Source: an uncultured Gammaproteobacteria bacterium (GTDB taxonomy: Bacteria; Pseudomonadota; Gammaproteobacteria; CAWUKA01). Taken from it: 47,818 bases of DNA. Shown here piece after piece: positions 9,726 to 19,999 of this stretch. Below the pieces are notes generated by a model. It saw nothing but the letters and a program-made list of their open reading frames with translations, was not told the DNA's origin and made no database searches. The stretch covers positions 1-47,818 of the forward strand of contig CAWUKA010000003.1 of the NCBI GenBank assembly GCA_963922965.1. The letters run 5' to 3'. Position 1 is the first letter of the stretch. Each line of letters opens with the position of its first letter. The translations under genes and the position numbers were made by a program.

Positions 9726-10733
9726 ATGAAAAAACTCATAAAACAACTCGGTGTTGATGAACAAGGTTTTCTTGCTGGCTTTCCACAGCCATTTGCACCT
9801 TACTATCAGCAAGTCATCTTGCCGCTAGTGAACCAAATTCGTCAGCGTCGTAAGCTAAGTTTGCAGCGCTTTCTGATCATTGCGGTAGTCTTTGTGATCG
9901 TTGTTAGCATTGCTGTGAATGAGCTAATCCAGGCTTATCATCAGCGGCAACAGTTTTATGGCAAAGGTGCGGTTTTCGTCTCTGTTGCTGCGTTGCTCTG
10001 GTATGTCGCTTTGGCGCAGTTGCGGCGCTTTAAAGTCAATCTTAAAACCGAAATTTATCCATCTGTGTTTAAATTTTTTGACCCAGGTTATCGCTATCAT
10101 GCTGATGGTTTGATTCCAATTGAACAGTTGCATGGTTCCGCACTGATACCCTATTACGATGATGGTCATGTTGAAGATTACATTTATGGTATTTATAAAG
10201 GCGTGCAGCTTGAATTTACCGAAGCAGTATTAAAAAAATTTATCATTGAAGACAAGCAAAAGCGCTGGCGAACGGTATTTCGTGGTTTTTTTATTGTACT
10301 AAGTTTGCCTAAAAAGTTGCACAGTCGTATCATTCTTGATAGAGATGCTGGTAAACTCGGTAATTTGGTTACTGACGTGTTCGGAAAAGCAGGCCGAATT
10401 GGTTTGAGCAAAGTGAAGCTTGAAGATCCGTTGTTTGAACAACACTTTGAAGTGTTTGCCAATGATCAGGTGGAAGCGCGTTATATTTTGACACCAAGCT
10501 TTATGGAGCGCTTGGTTCAGCTGGTTGACTGTTATGGCCGCGGTAAAATACAGGCGAGCTTTTATGATAACAGCCTAGTGTTGATGGTCAGTTCAAGTAA
10601 AAATCGGTTTGAACCATCCTGGTTTTTTAATCAATATACAATAAAAAAAGATATCAATTCGATACTCAGAGAGATGTATGCTCTGTTTCAAGTGATTGAA
10701 GTGCTGAAGCTACAAGAGCAAACTGGCTTATGA
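9726..10733 (+). CDS. DUF3137 domain membrane protein (paralog)
   Basis: EDYIYGIYKGV, TVFRGFF, VKLEDPLFEQHFEVFANDQVEARYILTPSFMERL. Confidence 0.85.
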   Translation: MKKLIKQLGVDEQGFLAGFPQPFAPYYQQVILPLVNQIRQRRKLSLQRFLIIAVVFVIVVSIAVNELIQAYHQRQQFYGKGAVFVSVAALLWYVALAQLRRFKVNLKTEIYPSVFKFFDPGYRYHADGLIPIEQLHGSALIPYYDDGHVEDYIYGIYKGVQLEFTEAVLKKFIIEDKQKRWRTVFRGFFIVLSLPKKLHSRIILDRDAGKLGNLVTDVFGKAGRIGLSKVKLEDPLFEQHFEVFANDQVEARYILTPSFMERLVQLVDCYGRGKIQASFYDNSLVLMVSSSKNRFEPSWFFNQYTIKKDINSILREMYALFQVIEVLKLQEQTGL

Positions 10734-10767
10734 TACAGCAACATCATTTTATTCAGCCGGAGCGGTT

Positions 10768-11253
10768 ATGCAATTGTTAACAGAACGTTTACTACTGCGC
10801 GAATGGCAGTCTGATGATATTGACCCATTTATTACAATGAACCAAGATCAAGTGGTGATGCGTTATTTCCCTGCCTTGATGAGTGATAATGAAACTATCG
10901 CTACGGCTGAGCGACAAACTAATCAGTTCATTGGTTTTGTCGGTTTAAATGAGGTGACGTTTACTGCCGATTTTACGCCAGCGATAGAGATCGGCTGGCG
11001 ACTTACACAGCATGCGCATGGTGTGGGTTATGCAACCGAAGCGGCAAAAGTAGTATTAAACTTTGCAAGGCAGCAGACGATGCTTGGTGAAATTGTTTCT
11101 TCTACCTCGGTTCAGAACCGTGCTTCGATCCGAGTTATGGAGAAAATCGGTTTAAATCATAATCCAGATGATGATTTTATCCATCCAAAATTGCCTACCG
11201 ATCATCATTTAGCAAAACACGTTCTTTATCCGCTTAAGCTAGTGAACAATTAG
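10768..11253 (+). CDS. RimJ/RimL GNAT acetyltransferase with in-frame internal deletion (possibly non-functional)
   Basis: TERLLLREW, FIGFVGL, FTPAIEIGWRL, GYATEAA, N.ASIRVMEKIG; about 17 aa shorter than the paralog at 46895 between 'ET' and 'ERQT'. Confidence 0.8.
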   Translation: MQLLTERLLLREWQSDDIDPFITMNQDQVVMRYFPALMSDNETIATAERQTNQFIGFVGLNEVTFTADFTPAIEIGWRLTQHAHGVGYATEAAKVVLNFARQQTMLGEIVSSTSVQNRASIRVMEKIGLNHNPDDDFIHPKLPTDHHLAKHVLYPLKLVNN

Positions 11254-11346
11254 CACTACTCGGTTAAGTCAAAAGCTGTTTATCCAATATCAAAAACAAC
11301 CTGGCATTTTTATCTTATTTTAAAATTCTCACTATTCTATATTCTG

Positions 11347-12408
11347 TAGATCAACCACGAAAAATTGTGAATTTTCTCATGATACTACCGGATCAAAATC
11401 AACCCAGTGGCGATTTATTTCGCGAAGAATACACTTAGTTGATTAACTAGAATCATCCGTTATGCCAGCTTGCTGAAGCGATTGATTGGGAGGCGGTTGA
11501 TGACATTGTATTAAGGCTGGTTTGACGCTGATGCCAGCCGAATGGCTAAGCCAATCCGATTGATTGCTGGATTATTTTTCTTCAAGCAACTATTCAGCAT
11601 TGGCGATTGCAATTACACCGATCGTTGAGTGGAAAATCGGTATTAGCAGTATTTGTGCGGTGTGAGGTATTTTCAATATAAGTTTCCAATCCACGCGACG
11701 TTGATGACGAAATGGACAACCGGATAGCGGAACCCGATGCCGAGCGATTACTTGCGCTGAGGATTGAGTTGGGCTTAACGATCAAATGCAGTGATGTAAA
11801 GCGAGTGACATCGGTACCAGGTTCAGGGGAAAGCGTTCACACATCCAACCACTCCCAAAATCATGTCCAAACCGATTGAAAAACCCAGGCAACTAAGCAA
11901 AGTCACCGACTTGCTGGTCAAATAAAGTGATAACTATGTCGCGATGAAGCTCTGTTCAAAGTGAATAATGATGCTCGAGCTCAGCAATACAAAGGCAAAT
12001 GGATGGACATTAGTCGATGCGTTAACTCAAACAGAACAACTCACTGGCGTGTGTCCGGCTTACGCATTTGTCGATAATGGCAATAAAGAGCATGGCGGAG
12101 TGACCACCACCGTGTATGTGGCGAGAAGGAAAAGACGTATGTCATGCGCTGGCTCAAGCAGTTAATGAAGCATCGTAGTGCAATTGAAGCGAAATGATTT
12201 GAAAGGCAGTCATGGTGATAAACTCAACGCACTCTTGACTACAGCGGAGACACAATCTACGCTTGATTCTCAAGGCAATCACGCTTATTGATGCTTATTG
12301 GCTACGCACAATTACTGGAGAGGTTAAAAAAATACTTGTAGTGATAGAGAAGAAAAATTTAATGAGGCCAGCTTGTGGGCTGATATATCTGTAATTCACG
12401 GATAACTA
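11347..12408 (+). mobile_element. IS5-family insertion sequence remnant
   Basis: Decayed transposase pieces DLFR, HPLCQLAEAIDW, RLIAGL, TL..ALTQ.EQLTG..P..AFVD.G, RSAIE, GDKLNALL; degenerate ends TAGATCAACCACGAA / TTCACGGATAACTA. Confidence 0.8.
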
Positions 12409-12576
12409 GCTAAATTTTTAAATGTGCCTTACTATAAAATCTAGCTTACTTATGAATGTTAGAATTTATTATTTGAATATTAAGCGGGATGTTTTCAGTA
12501 AATTTAATTGCTTGAAGCTTTGGTTTACTGATACCGATGTGCCATAAAAGCTGTTTAACCAGGTGTTTTTATCCCT

Positions 12577-13458
12577 TTATGTTGGCGTGTAGAGTTTATT
12601 TTCCAGTTTATACTTGGTATTACTCATACCCGTTAAGTGTATCCAGAATTTTTGTAACTGATGAGATGTGTAAAATTTGAGTATTTTTTGATACGCCTAA
12701 TTTTCTTTTGATATTTTCTAGATGAGATTGAGCAGTTCTTCTTGAAATATTTAAAATTATACCAATTTCTTCTGCAGTTTTACCTTTGCTTGTCCAATAA
12801 ATACATTTTAATTCGGCTAATGTTAAGTATGTTTCACCGTTGTAGCATTAATATAAAATCTTTTTATCCGTGTTGAAGTATGAAAATTTTCTATCTTTTC
12901 TGCTGCAATAGTGTTTGTATCTGGCTTATTATTACTTTGATTTGGAACAAAAATTAATTTTGAGTGATTAGTTGAGTCATCAATTAATTCTCTTGCTTGT
13001 TCATTAAAGTATAAGATAAATTTTTCAAAAATTTCTAAGTGTTGCACATAGACTTCATTAATACTAACGTTTGTTTTATGGGTTGCAAACTCAAATATTT
13101 CATGAAAATTTTTTGAAACGCGAATTAATGAAAAGCCATGGCACACGTCATACTCAATAGCAATATCACCTACAGTAGTATCTTCGCTTAGCCCTTTTAC
13201 GTCCCATATGTATTCCATATCTTTTTGATAAAGCGAGCTAGCTTTGTCAAACCAAGAAATTTTATATAATTCCTGTGAATAAAACAAATTAATCAACTCA
13301 GGATGCGTGCATAAATCAATTCGAGATAAATCTTTATAAACCTGCAGGTATCTAAAAAATGTTAAATCAAGTAAGTCAAAAATAGGTTGGCAAATCACCT
13401 TAATCTGATTATGCGAGTTAAAAAAAATACTATTTTGCGGAATGATCAATACAGACAT
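12577..13458 (-). pseudogene. LuxR-family regulator (ligand-binding N-domain plus HTH), frameshifted
   Basis: ORF 12823..13458 has HGFSLIR...EIFEFAT; the HTH (ELKCIYWTSKGKTAEEIGIILNISRRTAQSHLENIKRKLG) follows in another frame after a shift near 12845. Confidence 0.85.
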
Positions 13459-13574
13459 GTTAAATATATCAAAGAGTAGTAATAGTAATGGTGATTAATT
13501 AGCAAGATTAGTAATTCCAGATTCATAACTTTCACTTGATAAATACACTAACCTAATAGTCAAGCTTTTACTAT

Positions 13575-13622
13575 CGTAAAAAATACCGATGCTGTAGCCG
13601 TTTTCGTTACGTGATATTTACG
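13575..13622. promoter_or_regulatory. paired pseudo-palindromic boxes, putative LuxR operator (site A)
   Basis: CGTA-AAAAA-TACC (13575-87) and CGTG-ATATT-TACG (13610-22); same arrangement recurs at 15852-15897. Confidence 0.55.
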
Positions 13623-13820
13623 GATATTAAAAGATAGTTAAAAACGATCATATTTAATACTAGTAGCAACTTGTTCGCTCACCTGATGGTGACATAAGTT
13701 TAATGTTAGGTAGTAGCACGTGTCTAAGATACTTTATATCAAATTTTGTGATAGAGAATTCTGTAAATATCAATGGTAAATTAAGGAGAGGAAAAATTGT
13801 TATAGATTATTAGATCGACT

Positions 13821-15485
13821 ATGATAAAATTTGCACCATTTTCACTTCATGGTCTATTTCAGCTTAGCGCAATCTTCTTAGTAGATGCTGTAGCAATTGT
13901 CTCAACAGATGGTGAGAAAGTGTCATCTATTATTTTACCGATACATGCTATTGTTTATGCGGTTGGCTTAACTTCAGCGCGTGCTACTGGCATGTTGATC
14001 AGCAAAAATTGTGGTATGCAAAAAGACTTGGAAATAGGACAACTGATTCGAGTAAGTGGGTTGTTATATTGTCTCATAAGTCTTGGTTTTTCAGCTGTTA
14101 GTCTGTTGGCGCAACCGATATTATTTTATTATTTCGATCAGCAGGTAGCACATCATATTAGTTATTATTTTGTTATTACTGCTATTGGTCTTACTCCATC
14201 ATTATTAGTCTTTTCTGATTCACAGCTATGCTCTCAAGAAAAAGCAATGTTAATTCAGCCTAGCGTTAGTGCTCTTGTTTTTGGGCTAACAGGCTACTTT
14301 TGTTACTTATTCTGCTTTCGGTTAGGTTATAGCATGCCTTGGGCTGCTTTTAGTCCCACCATAAGTCAGTTTATAGGAGCGTTTACTCTAAAAATCTATT
14401 TATTGCGGCATCAGTATGAAAAATACGAGTTATTTAATTTTAGTCGAACTGAAGTTAGAGTTGGGTTTCAGCAAATATGGCATGAGTGGCGTTCGCTGCT
14501 GACAGAAAAGTTAACTGATTGGTGGCCATTTGCTATTTTGACTCTTAGTTGTCTCTTACTCAGTGAGACTGCTTTTGAAGCAATGCGGTCATCTATCCAT
14601 CCGAGAGCAATTTTTGACATGATAGCAGATTATATAGCACATGCTCTTGTAATGCCGATTAATACCAATATTGCTGCGCTACGTAGGCTAAAGCGATTAC
14701 CCCATTCTCATATGGATGAAAAGAAAGAACTTCTTAAGCAGAACCAATCGATTTTTAAGACTGCTAAACGAGCAGGTATTATTCTTGTTATCACATTTAT
14801 ATTGGCTGCGTATGCTCTGAAGCGACTAATGCAAAAGCTGCACTTAATCGATCATATTCAAGATAACTCATCAGAGCTTCACACTTTATTGACCTACTCC
14901 TTTTACGTTGCATCTTTAGCTAGTCCAGCTAAAACTATCTATTCAGAATTTTTGTATGCTTATAGTGGATATAGTCAAAAACTATTTTTATGACATATTT
15001 TATTAACAACTACTAATGCAATATTATACCCACTTACAATAGCCACTGGAGTACAACATCATGATACAGCTATTTGCGCTATTATATTAATTGGGTTTGC
15101 TGATAGTTTTAGTGGGGCATATAGTCTCCTCAAACAGGTTCTAGAGCAAACCAAGTATTTAGAAAAGCAGATGGGTATTGATCAGGATAGTATAGAAAGG
15201 TCAGACGACGAAAATCAACAGCAAGAGCAGCGTGAGTCGTACGAATTTAGTGATATTGCTGATGCTGATATGCAAACTAATGATCAAGTGGTTCTAGCAT
15301 TAGAAAAAAATGTCATTCCGTCAGTTACAGTTACGATACTTGCTAATACTCCTGCTCCGATACGAAGTAGATTCAGCCATACTTTCTAGTCGCAGTCTTT
15401 TTATCCACTTGCAGCTGCGCCATTGGTAGAGGAATCGTTGCTCGAGCCTGAGGTATGTGATGATGAAAATCCAATACTTTACTAA
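13821..15485 (+). pseudogene. MATE-like multipass membrane protein with acidic C-terminal tail, two in-frame stops
   Basis: MATE-like N-half (ISKNCG...IGQLIR, YF...AIGL.P); same frame continues through TGA 14991 and TAG 15387 to TAA 15485. Confidence 0.6.
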
Positions 15486-15581
15486 AACCAGGAGTGTAGA
15501 GATTTTATCTGAGTACCAGAAGTATGAGTCATTTAGCCTATGGTGACACTAAAATCAAGATGTTACGAAAATCAAACTAGT

Positions 15582-15776
15582 CTACATGTATTTAAGTGCG
15601 CTATGGATTCGCGGTTTGGTCTGTTTGTGAATCTTAGAGTTTGTTGTTTGACAATTTAGTAAGACCTTTTGAATGAATTTTATTGCTTCAAAGTTTGGTT
15701 TGCTGATACCAATCCGCTGTAAAAGCTGTTCGGCAGCGTACCGCGATTCCTGCTGACTGAGTGGTTTCGTTATCAT
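15582..15776 (-). CDS. small basic hypothetical protein (64 aa)
   Basis: ATG with GAGG RBS just upstream; divergent from the PAS-LuxR gene. Confidence 0.55.
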   Translation of the reverse strand: MITKPLSQQESRYAAEQLLQRIGISKPNFEAIKFIQKVLLNCQTTNSKIHKQTKPRIHSALKYM

Positions 15777-15850
15777 GTTGACCTCATTAATGGTGATTAG
15801 TTAAAAAAATCAACTAATGTCATTTTAATTTGGGCAGGATTTATGCGATA

Positions 15851-15898
15851 CCGTAAAAAATACTGACTCTGCTTGGTGTAATTCAGTAACTACTACGG
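15851..15898. promoter_or_regulatory. paired pseudo-palindromic boxes, putative LuxR operator (site B)
   Basis: CCGTAAAAAATACTGA-N16-TCAGTAACTACTACGG; the two arms are inverted copies (CCGTA-N5-TACTGA). Confidence 0.6.
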
Positions 15899-16075
15899 AT
15901 AGCTGCAAAAATCGCTTTGTAAGTCTATTTTATCCCTCACTGTTTAATTAAAATAACTAGTCGATTACTGCTTTCAACTAAAAAGTAATAGTTAAGATTT
16001 AATAAATTGGTCTTCATATCTACTTTGTTGCTTTTCATAAAGTGTTGTTGACCCTTACTAAAAGGGAGTATTTTT

Positions 16076-17245
16076 ATGAATTTTGCTTATACTGCTGCAG
16101 ATTTTATTCGTTATCACCTTGAGCTTGAACAACGCTCAGTAAAACAAATTATCGAGACATTTAATATCCCAGTTTTATTAGTATCAGATTCTAGTACGAT
16201 TATAGAGGCAAACTTGAAGGCGATTGAACTATTCGGATTTGATGTTGAGACACTCAAATCAGTTAATCTTGCTAAAATAATTAGTGATCTTAATCTTGAA
16301 CAACCCAAAGCTGTCACTCAAACGCTGTATAGCGGTCAGGGTGATTGCTATATTGTAGAGTGGAATGCGCTAAAGCTGAATCGTGTGGTTTATGATAGTG
16401 GTGTCAGTAGCATCGTGGTTGGTGAAATTAAGGATCTCATAATTCGAAAAAAACATGATCATGATAAACTGCAAAATTTTATTGATTTATTTACTAATTT
16501 AGCACAACAACCTAACTTACTTGATACTGATCAATTTCATGATGAATCTCTACAACCGATGTTAAGCTGTTTACCTGGGGCTGCTTATATTAAAAGTAAA
16601 AAATACGGCTATACGCATAGTAATGAGTATATGTTAGAAATAATTTGTGGCATTGATACATTTAGAATTGTTGCTGGTAGAGACGATTATTATCTATGCG
16701 ATCAAATTATTGGTAGGCGCTGGCCAAGTCAATTTATTAGCTCGATTAGGCTTGATGATATTCAAGTTGTTGAGCAGAGAATACCAGTGTTTAATAAGAC
16801 CGAGATCCCATTTTTATCAGTTGATAATCAAGTCATTATTCAGTCTACCCGAAAAATTCCATTAACAAATCACAAAGGACAGGTAACAGGAGTATTTGGT
16901 TTTTCATACGATATTAGTGAACAAATCGATAGAGTTCGATTACTTGATATTTATCACAAATTCCATGATAGCAATGCCGAAGCAGTTAGTCACTTTATCA
17001 AACATGTTTTACGTGCTAAACAGGATTCCCCCCTTTATTTATTGACTAATATCGAATTGGTTTGTGCATTGTATTTAGCGAAAGGCTTAACTATGAAACA
17101 AATTGCGAGAATTCTTCTATTGTCACCTCGAACTATTGAGTCACATGTGAATAGAACGCGAGATAAACTAGAAGTTGGGTTCAAATCTGAGATCATTCAG
17201 CTATTTAATATCAAGTATAAACAAGTTGAGCTTGATTTTGCTTAA
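16076..17245 (+). CDS. PAS-PAS-LuxR HTH transcriptional regulator
   Basis: PAS motifs (IIEAN..A.ELFG; LPGAAYIK...KIPLTN.KGQVTGVFG.S.DI) and LuxR HTH (LT..EL.C..YLAKG.TMKQIA..L.LSPRTIESHV...R.KL); GGGAG RBS. Confidence 0.9.
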   Translation: MNFAYTAADFIRYHLELEQRSVKQIIETFNIPVLLVSDSSTIIEANLKAIELFGFDVETLKSVNLAKIISDLNLEQPKAVTQTLYSGQGDCYIVEWNALKLNRVVYDSGVSSIVVGEIKDLIIRKKHDHDKLQNFIDLFTNLAQQPNLLDTDQFHDESLQPMLSCLPGAAYIKSKKYGYTHSNEYMLEIICGIDTFRIVAGRDDYYLCDQIIGRRWPSQFISSIRLDDIQVVEQRIPVFNKTEIPFLSVDNQVIIQSTRKIPLTNHKGQVTGVFGFSYDISEQIDRVRLLDIYHKFHDSNAEAVSHFIKHVLRAKQDSPLYLLTNIELVCALYLAKGLTMKQIARILLLSPRTIESHVNRTRDKLEVGFKSEIIQLFNIKYKQVELDFA

Positions 17246-17844
17246 GTAGTGTTTTTTTGTAAATGCTACTGAATATATCATTTATATCAGAAAAGATACT
17301 TAAAATTGCTTTGCGCTTCGTTCGAGGAATGTTGTCAATTTGTCTGTTTTTACTTCTGTTACAATATAATAGTGCTGGTTAAATATGTTCTATCACTTCG
17401 ATGCTTGGTTTGCTGAAACTAATTCGGTGCGATAGGTCTGTTGCTAATTGACGATAATAATTTATTTCAAATGTGTTTAAGTCTATTCTATTCTCTATGC
17501 TGATAAGAGCGATTTTTATCAGTGTCACAATCATTGTTGCTCTAATTGTAGAGTGACTACAGTTATAACTCACGGCTGATACTGTAAAATGTGCTTTGGA
17601 TTGATTGATTTCAGATCAATGTTGGTTGCTCAACATAAAATAGCTTCATATATCAGCGTGTTTTTTCACGTGCAAATAGTTTGTAAGATAAACTAAAGTT
17701 AAAAATATATTTGCTATATTAGGTCTCTCAGTTATGAATGCGTCGCTAATTTTATTACTTAATCAACTCGGATGCTTGCCTAATACTGGTTTTAGTTTGT
17801 TGGGCTTCCGACTTGCTGGTAATAAATTTGAGGATGTGCCTGCC

Positions 17845-18573
17845 ATGGTAAAGCCCCAAAAATTTATCACAGATGAACAGAAAATTTTCTTTGATCAATT
17901 ACTAATAACTAGCGGTTGTAAAGACTTAAACTCGGAGTTTACTTATGCGAATCAAGTTTATGCAGGCTTGGTTAGTTTAGTTCATAATGCAGATCTTATT
18001 GATCAAACCGATTTTGATATACCGTGCGAGACTGTGAATTACACAGAGTTATTTCGTGATCAAGATTAAGCAGTCGTAAAAAACAGGAGGTGATACGTAT
18101 CCTTGATGTTCATCTTTTCGCTAGTGGCGAATGGCGTGCTTACGTTTTTTCTAAATCTCCTATGTGTCAGAATGCGAGTGTTATTATTGATACGATTTTT
18201 ACTGATTAAGATATTACAAGCTCCTCAACCTTAGAGTTAGCATCATTGTTAGCAAGGGCAAAAGTTGAAGAGACATCAGCTGATTGGCCAAGACAGTTAT
18301 ATTTTAGAGGGTGAATACAGTGGTGCTATTCGACTATCTAATCGCGAAACAGAAGTGCTGTTTTACTTACTAAGCACTAAAAAATTACCTGAGATCGCCT
18401 CATAGCTCGCTTTGTCGAAGCGAACAGTCGAGTCGTACAAAAGCTAGCTTGTGTAATAAGTTTAATATTAATACTGTGGCCGAGTTGCTCGATCGTGCAA
18501 TTGAGCTCGGTTGCATGAATATGCTACCCAACTCAATTTTACCAACACAACTACACTAGCACTGAAGGACTAG
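17845..18573 (+). pseudogene. VqmA-like PAS-LuxR regulator, disrupted
   Basis: EQ..FF.QL...GCKDLNS.F.YANQ.Y, TDFDIPC.T, F..QD, RILDVH...GEW.AY.F.K.P, LSNRE.EVLF.LL, SKRTVESY; collinear with Vibrio VqmA as I recall it; several stops and frameshifts. Confidence 0.8.
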
Positions 18574-18615
18574 ATAGCGCATGGCTGAGCTAGCTCTGTG
18601 TTAATGTGCGTTTGC

Positions 18616-19611
18616 TTACGCTGGCGTTATGGTTAAGGCAAGATGCAGTATTTTATTGGTGTTTTCTACGTTGTTCTGTTGCTCAAGCTGCATTTTGAGA
18701 AAATCAAGCAGCGCTTTTAATTCATTGTTGGCTTGTTGATTGTCCAAGGTTTGTTTTGGAAGAGGAGGTGGTGATGGATGACTGCCAGCTACCATTGATT
18801 GCTCAGTAAAGCCCTGTACTTCCTTGTACAAGTTGGTGTACTCCTCAATTTTGCTTTGCGACACTTGTAAATCGAAGCCTGCAATGGTTGCTGTGTCGTA
18901 ATCAAATAAGTCTACTAAAGCAGACGTTGCTGCATCATTGTCGCTGCTGGTATCACCCATTAAACGCTTGATTTCATTTTCAAGATTGGTCTCGCCAGCA
19001 AATAATTCATCGGTATAGGTTCGCATATCAGTCAGTAGTTCATTTACTGCTGCCGCTTCTGATTCATTTAGATCGCCAATTACTGCGACACTAAATGACA
19101 GCTCTAGTTCTGATGTTTGTTCAGTGACAAGTTGTGCTGACTGAGTTGTCGCCCTGACATAGCTTTCATGCTGTCCCTGACGCAAATAACTACTCGATTC
19201 AGCAGACTGGACCCTGGCATAAGTCACTTCACTTTCTTGTTCAAAGTAGTCTGCTTTGATAGTGATGATGTCGCCTTCTTGGGTTGCAATAGAAAATTCA
19301 AGCTTATTCTCGATTGAGGAGCTATAGCGTTCCATACTCTCATAATGTGAGTAACTCGTTTGCGTGTGGCTTGCATATCCTGGTCTAGCAGGCTGATTGG
19401 CTTGCTGTGGCTGAGTTTCACTGCTTTGCTCAGTTGTCGCCGAATTCAGTGGTAGTGCTGTATGATTCGCGCCATGCACACGAGTCGGCAGTGCAGCTGG
19501 TAAGGATTGTGAATCACCGCTTGTTGCTCGCTGCTCACCAAGGCGTGATAGTAATTGATTAAACTGAGCGTGGTTTTTTCTGCTCGATAAACCACTCGCA
19601 TCAATATACAT
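18616..19611 (-). CDS. acidic S/Q-rich hypothetical protein (DUF5610-like)
   Basis: Motifs I.TQEGD.ITI and FSV.V.GDLN.SE..AV.ELL typical of this uncharacterised proteobacterial group; GAGG RBS. Confidence 0.6.
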   Translation of the reverse strand: MYIDASGLSSRKNHAQFNQLLSRLGEQRATSGDSQSLPAALPTRVHGANHTALPLNSATTEQSSETQPQQANQPARPGYASHTQTSYSHYESMERYSSSIENKLEFSIATQEGDIITIKADYFEQESEVTYARVQSAESSSYLRQGQHESYVRATTQSAQLVTEQTSELELSFSVAVIGDLNESEAAAVNELLTDMRTYTDELFAGETNLENEIKRLMGDTSSDNDAATSALVDLFDYDTATIAGFDLQVSQSKIEEYTNLYKEVQGFTEQSMVAGSHPSPPPLPKQTLDNQQANNELKALLDFLKMQLEQQNNVENTNKILHLALTITPA

Positions 19612-19650
19612 GTTGGCCTCTCTACCGAAGTATGATGATGTTCAGCTATG

Positions 19651-19677
19651 CTGTCGGCTCGGGCTCGATAAACTTGA
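19651..19677 (-). promoter_or_regulatory. sigma-28 (FliA) promoter
   Basis: TCAAG-N14-GCCGACAG on the minus strand, 40 nt upstream of ATG 19611. Confidence 0.65.
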
Positions 19678-19999
19678 GTGATGGGGTGTTCGATTTTCAC
19701 CGCTGTGTTGCCGGCTGTTTAGAGAACATATGGGCCTATTGTAGATTCTCCTAAAAATCAGTCTAGCATATAAAAAAGACATAAAATCAGATAGATAAGT
19801 TTGAACTGCATCACTGTTAATCACACGTCTGACTCAACTACTGCCTCATGCATGTTAGAGTTTGACAAAACTATATTTGTGATGAGGCTATTTTGTGTGA
19901 ATTCAGCAGCTTATTCAGTTACCATCGCAAAACACACTGACTCATGGCACTAACCTGGTACATTATCGCCTTATAGCATTTTTTATTGAGGGTACAGAG

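Noticed and set aside
17021-17034. GGATTCCCCCCT resembling half of the Vibrio VqmA site
   Set aside because: Only a half site and inside the PAS-LuxR coding sequence (QDSPL)
17379-17573. 64-aa minus-strand ORF in the gap before the vqmA-like gene
   Set aside because: Non-ATG start, no clear RBS or motif; not supportable
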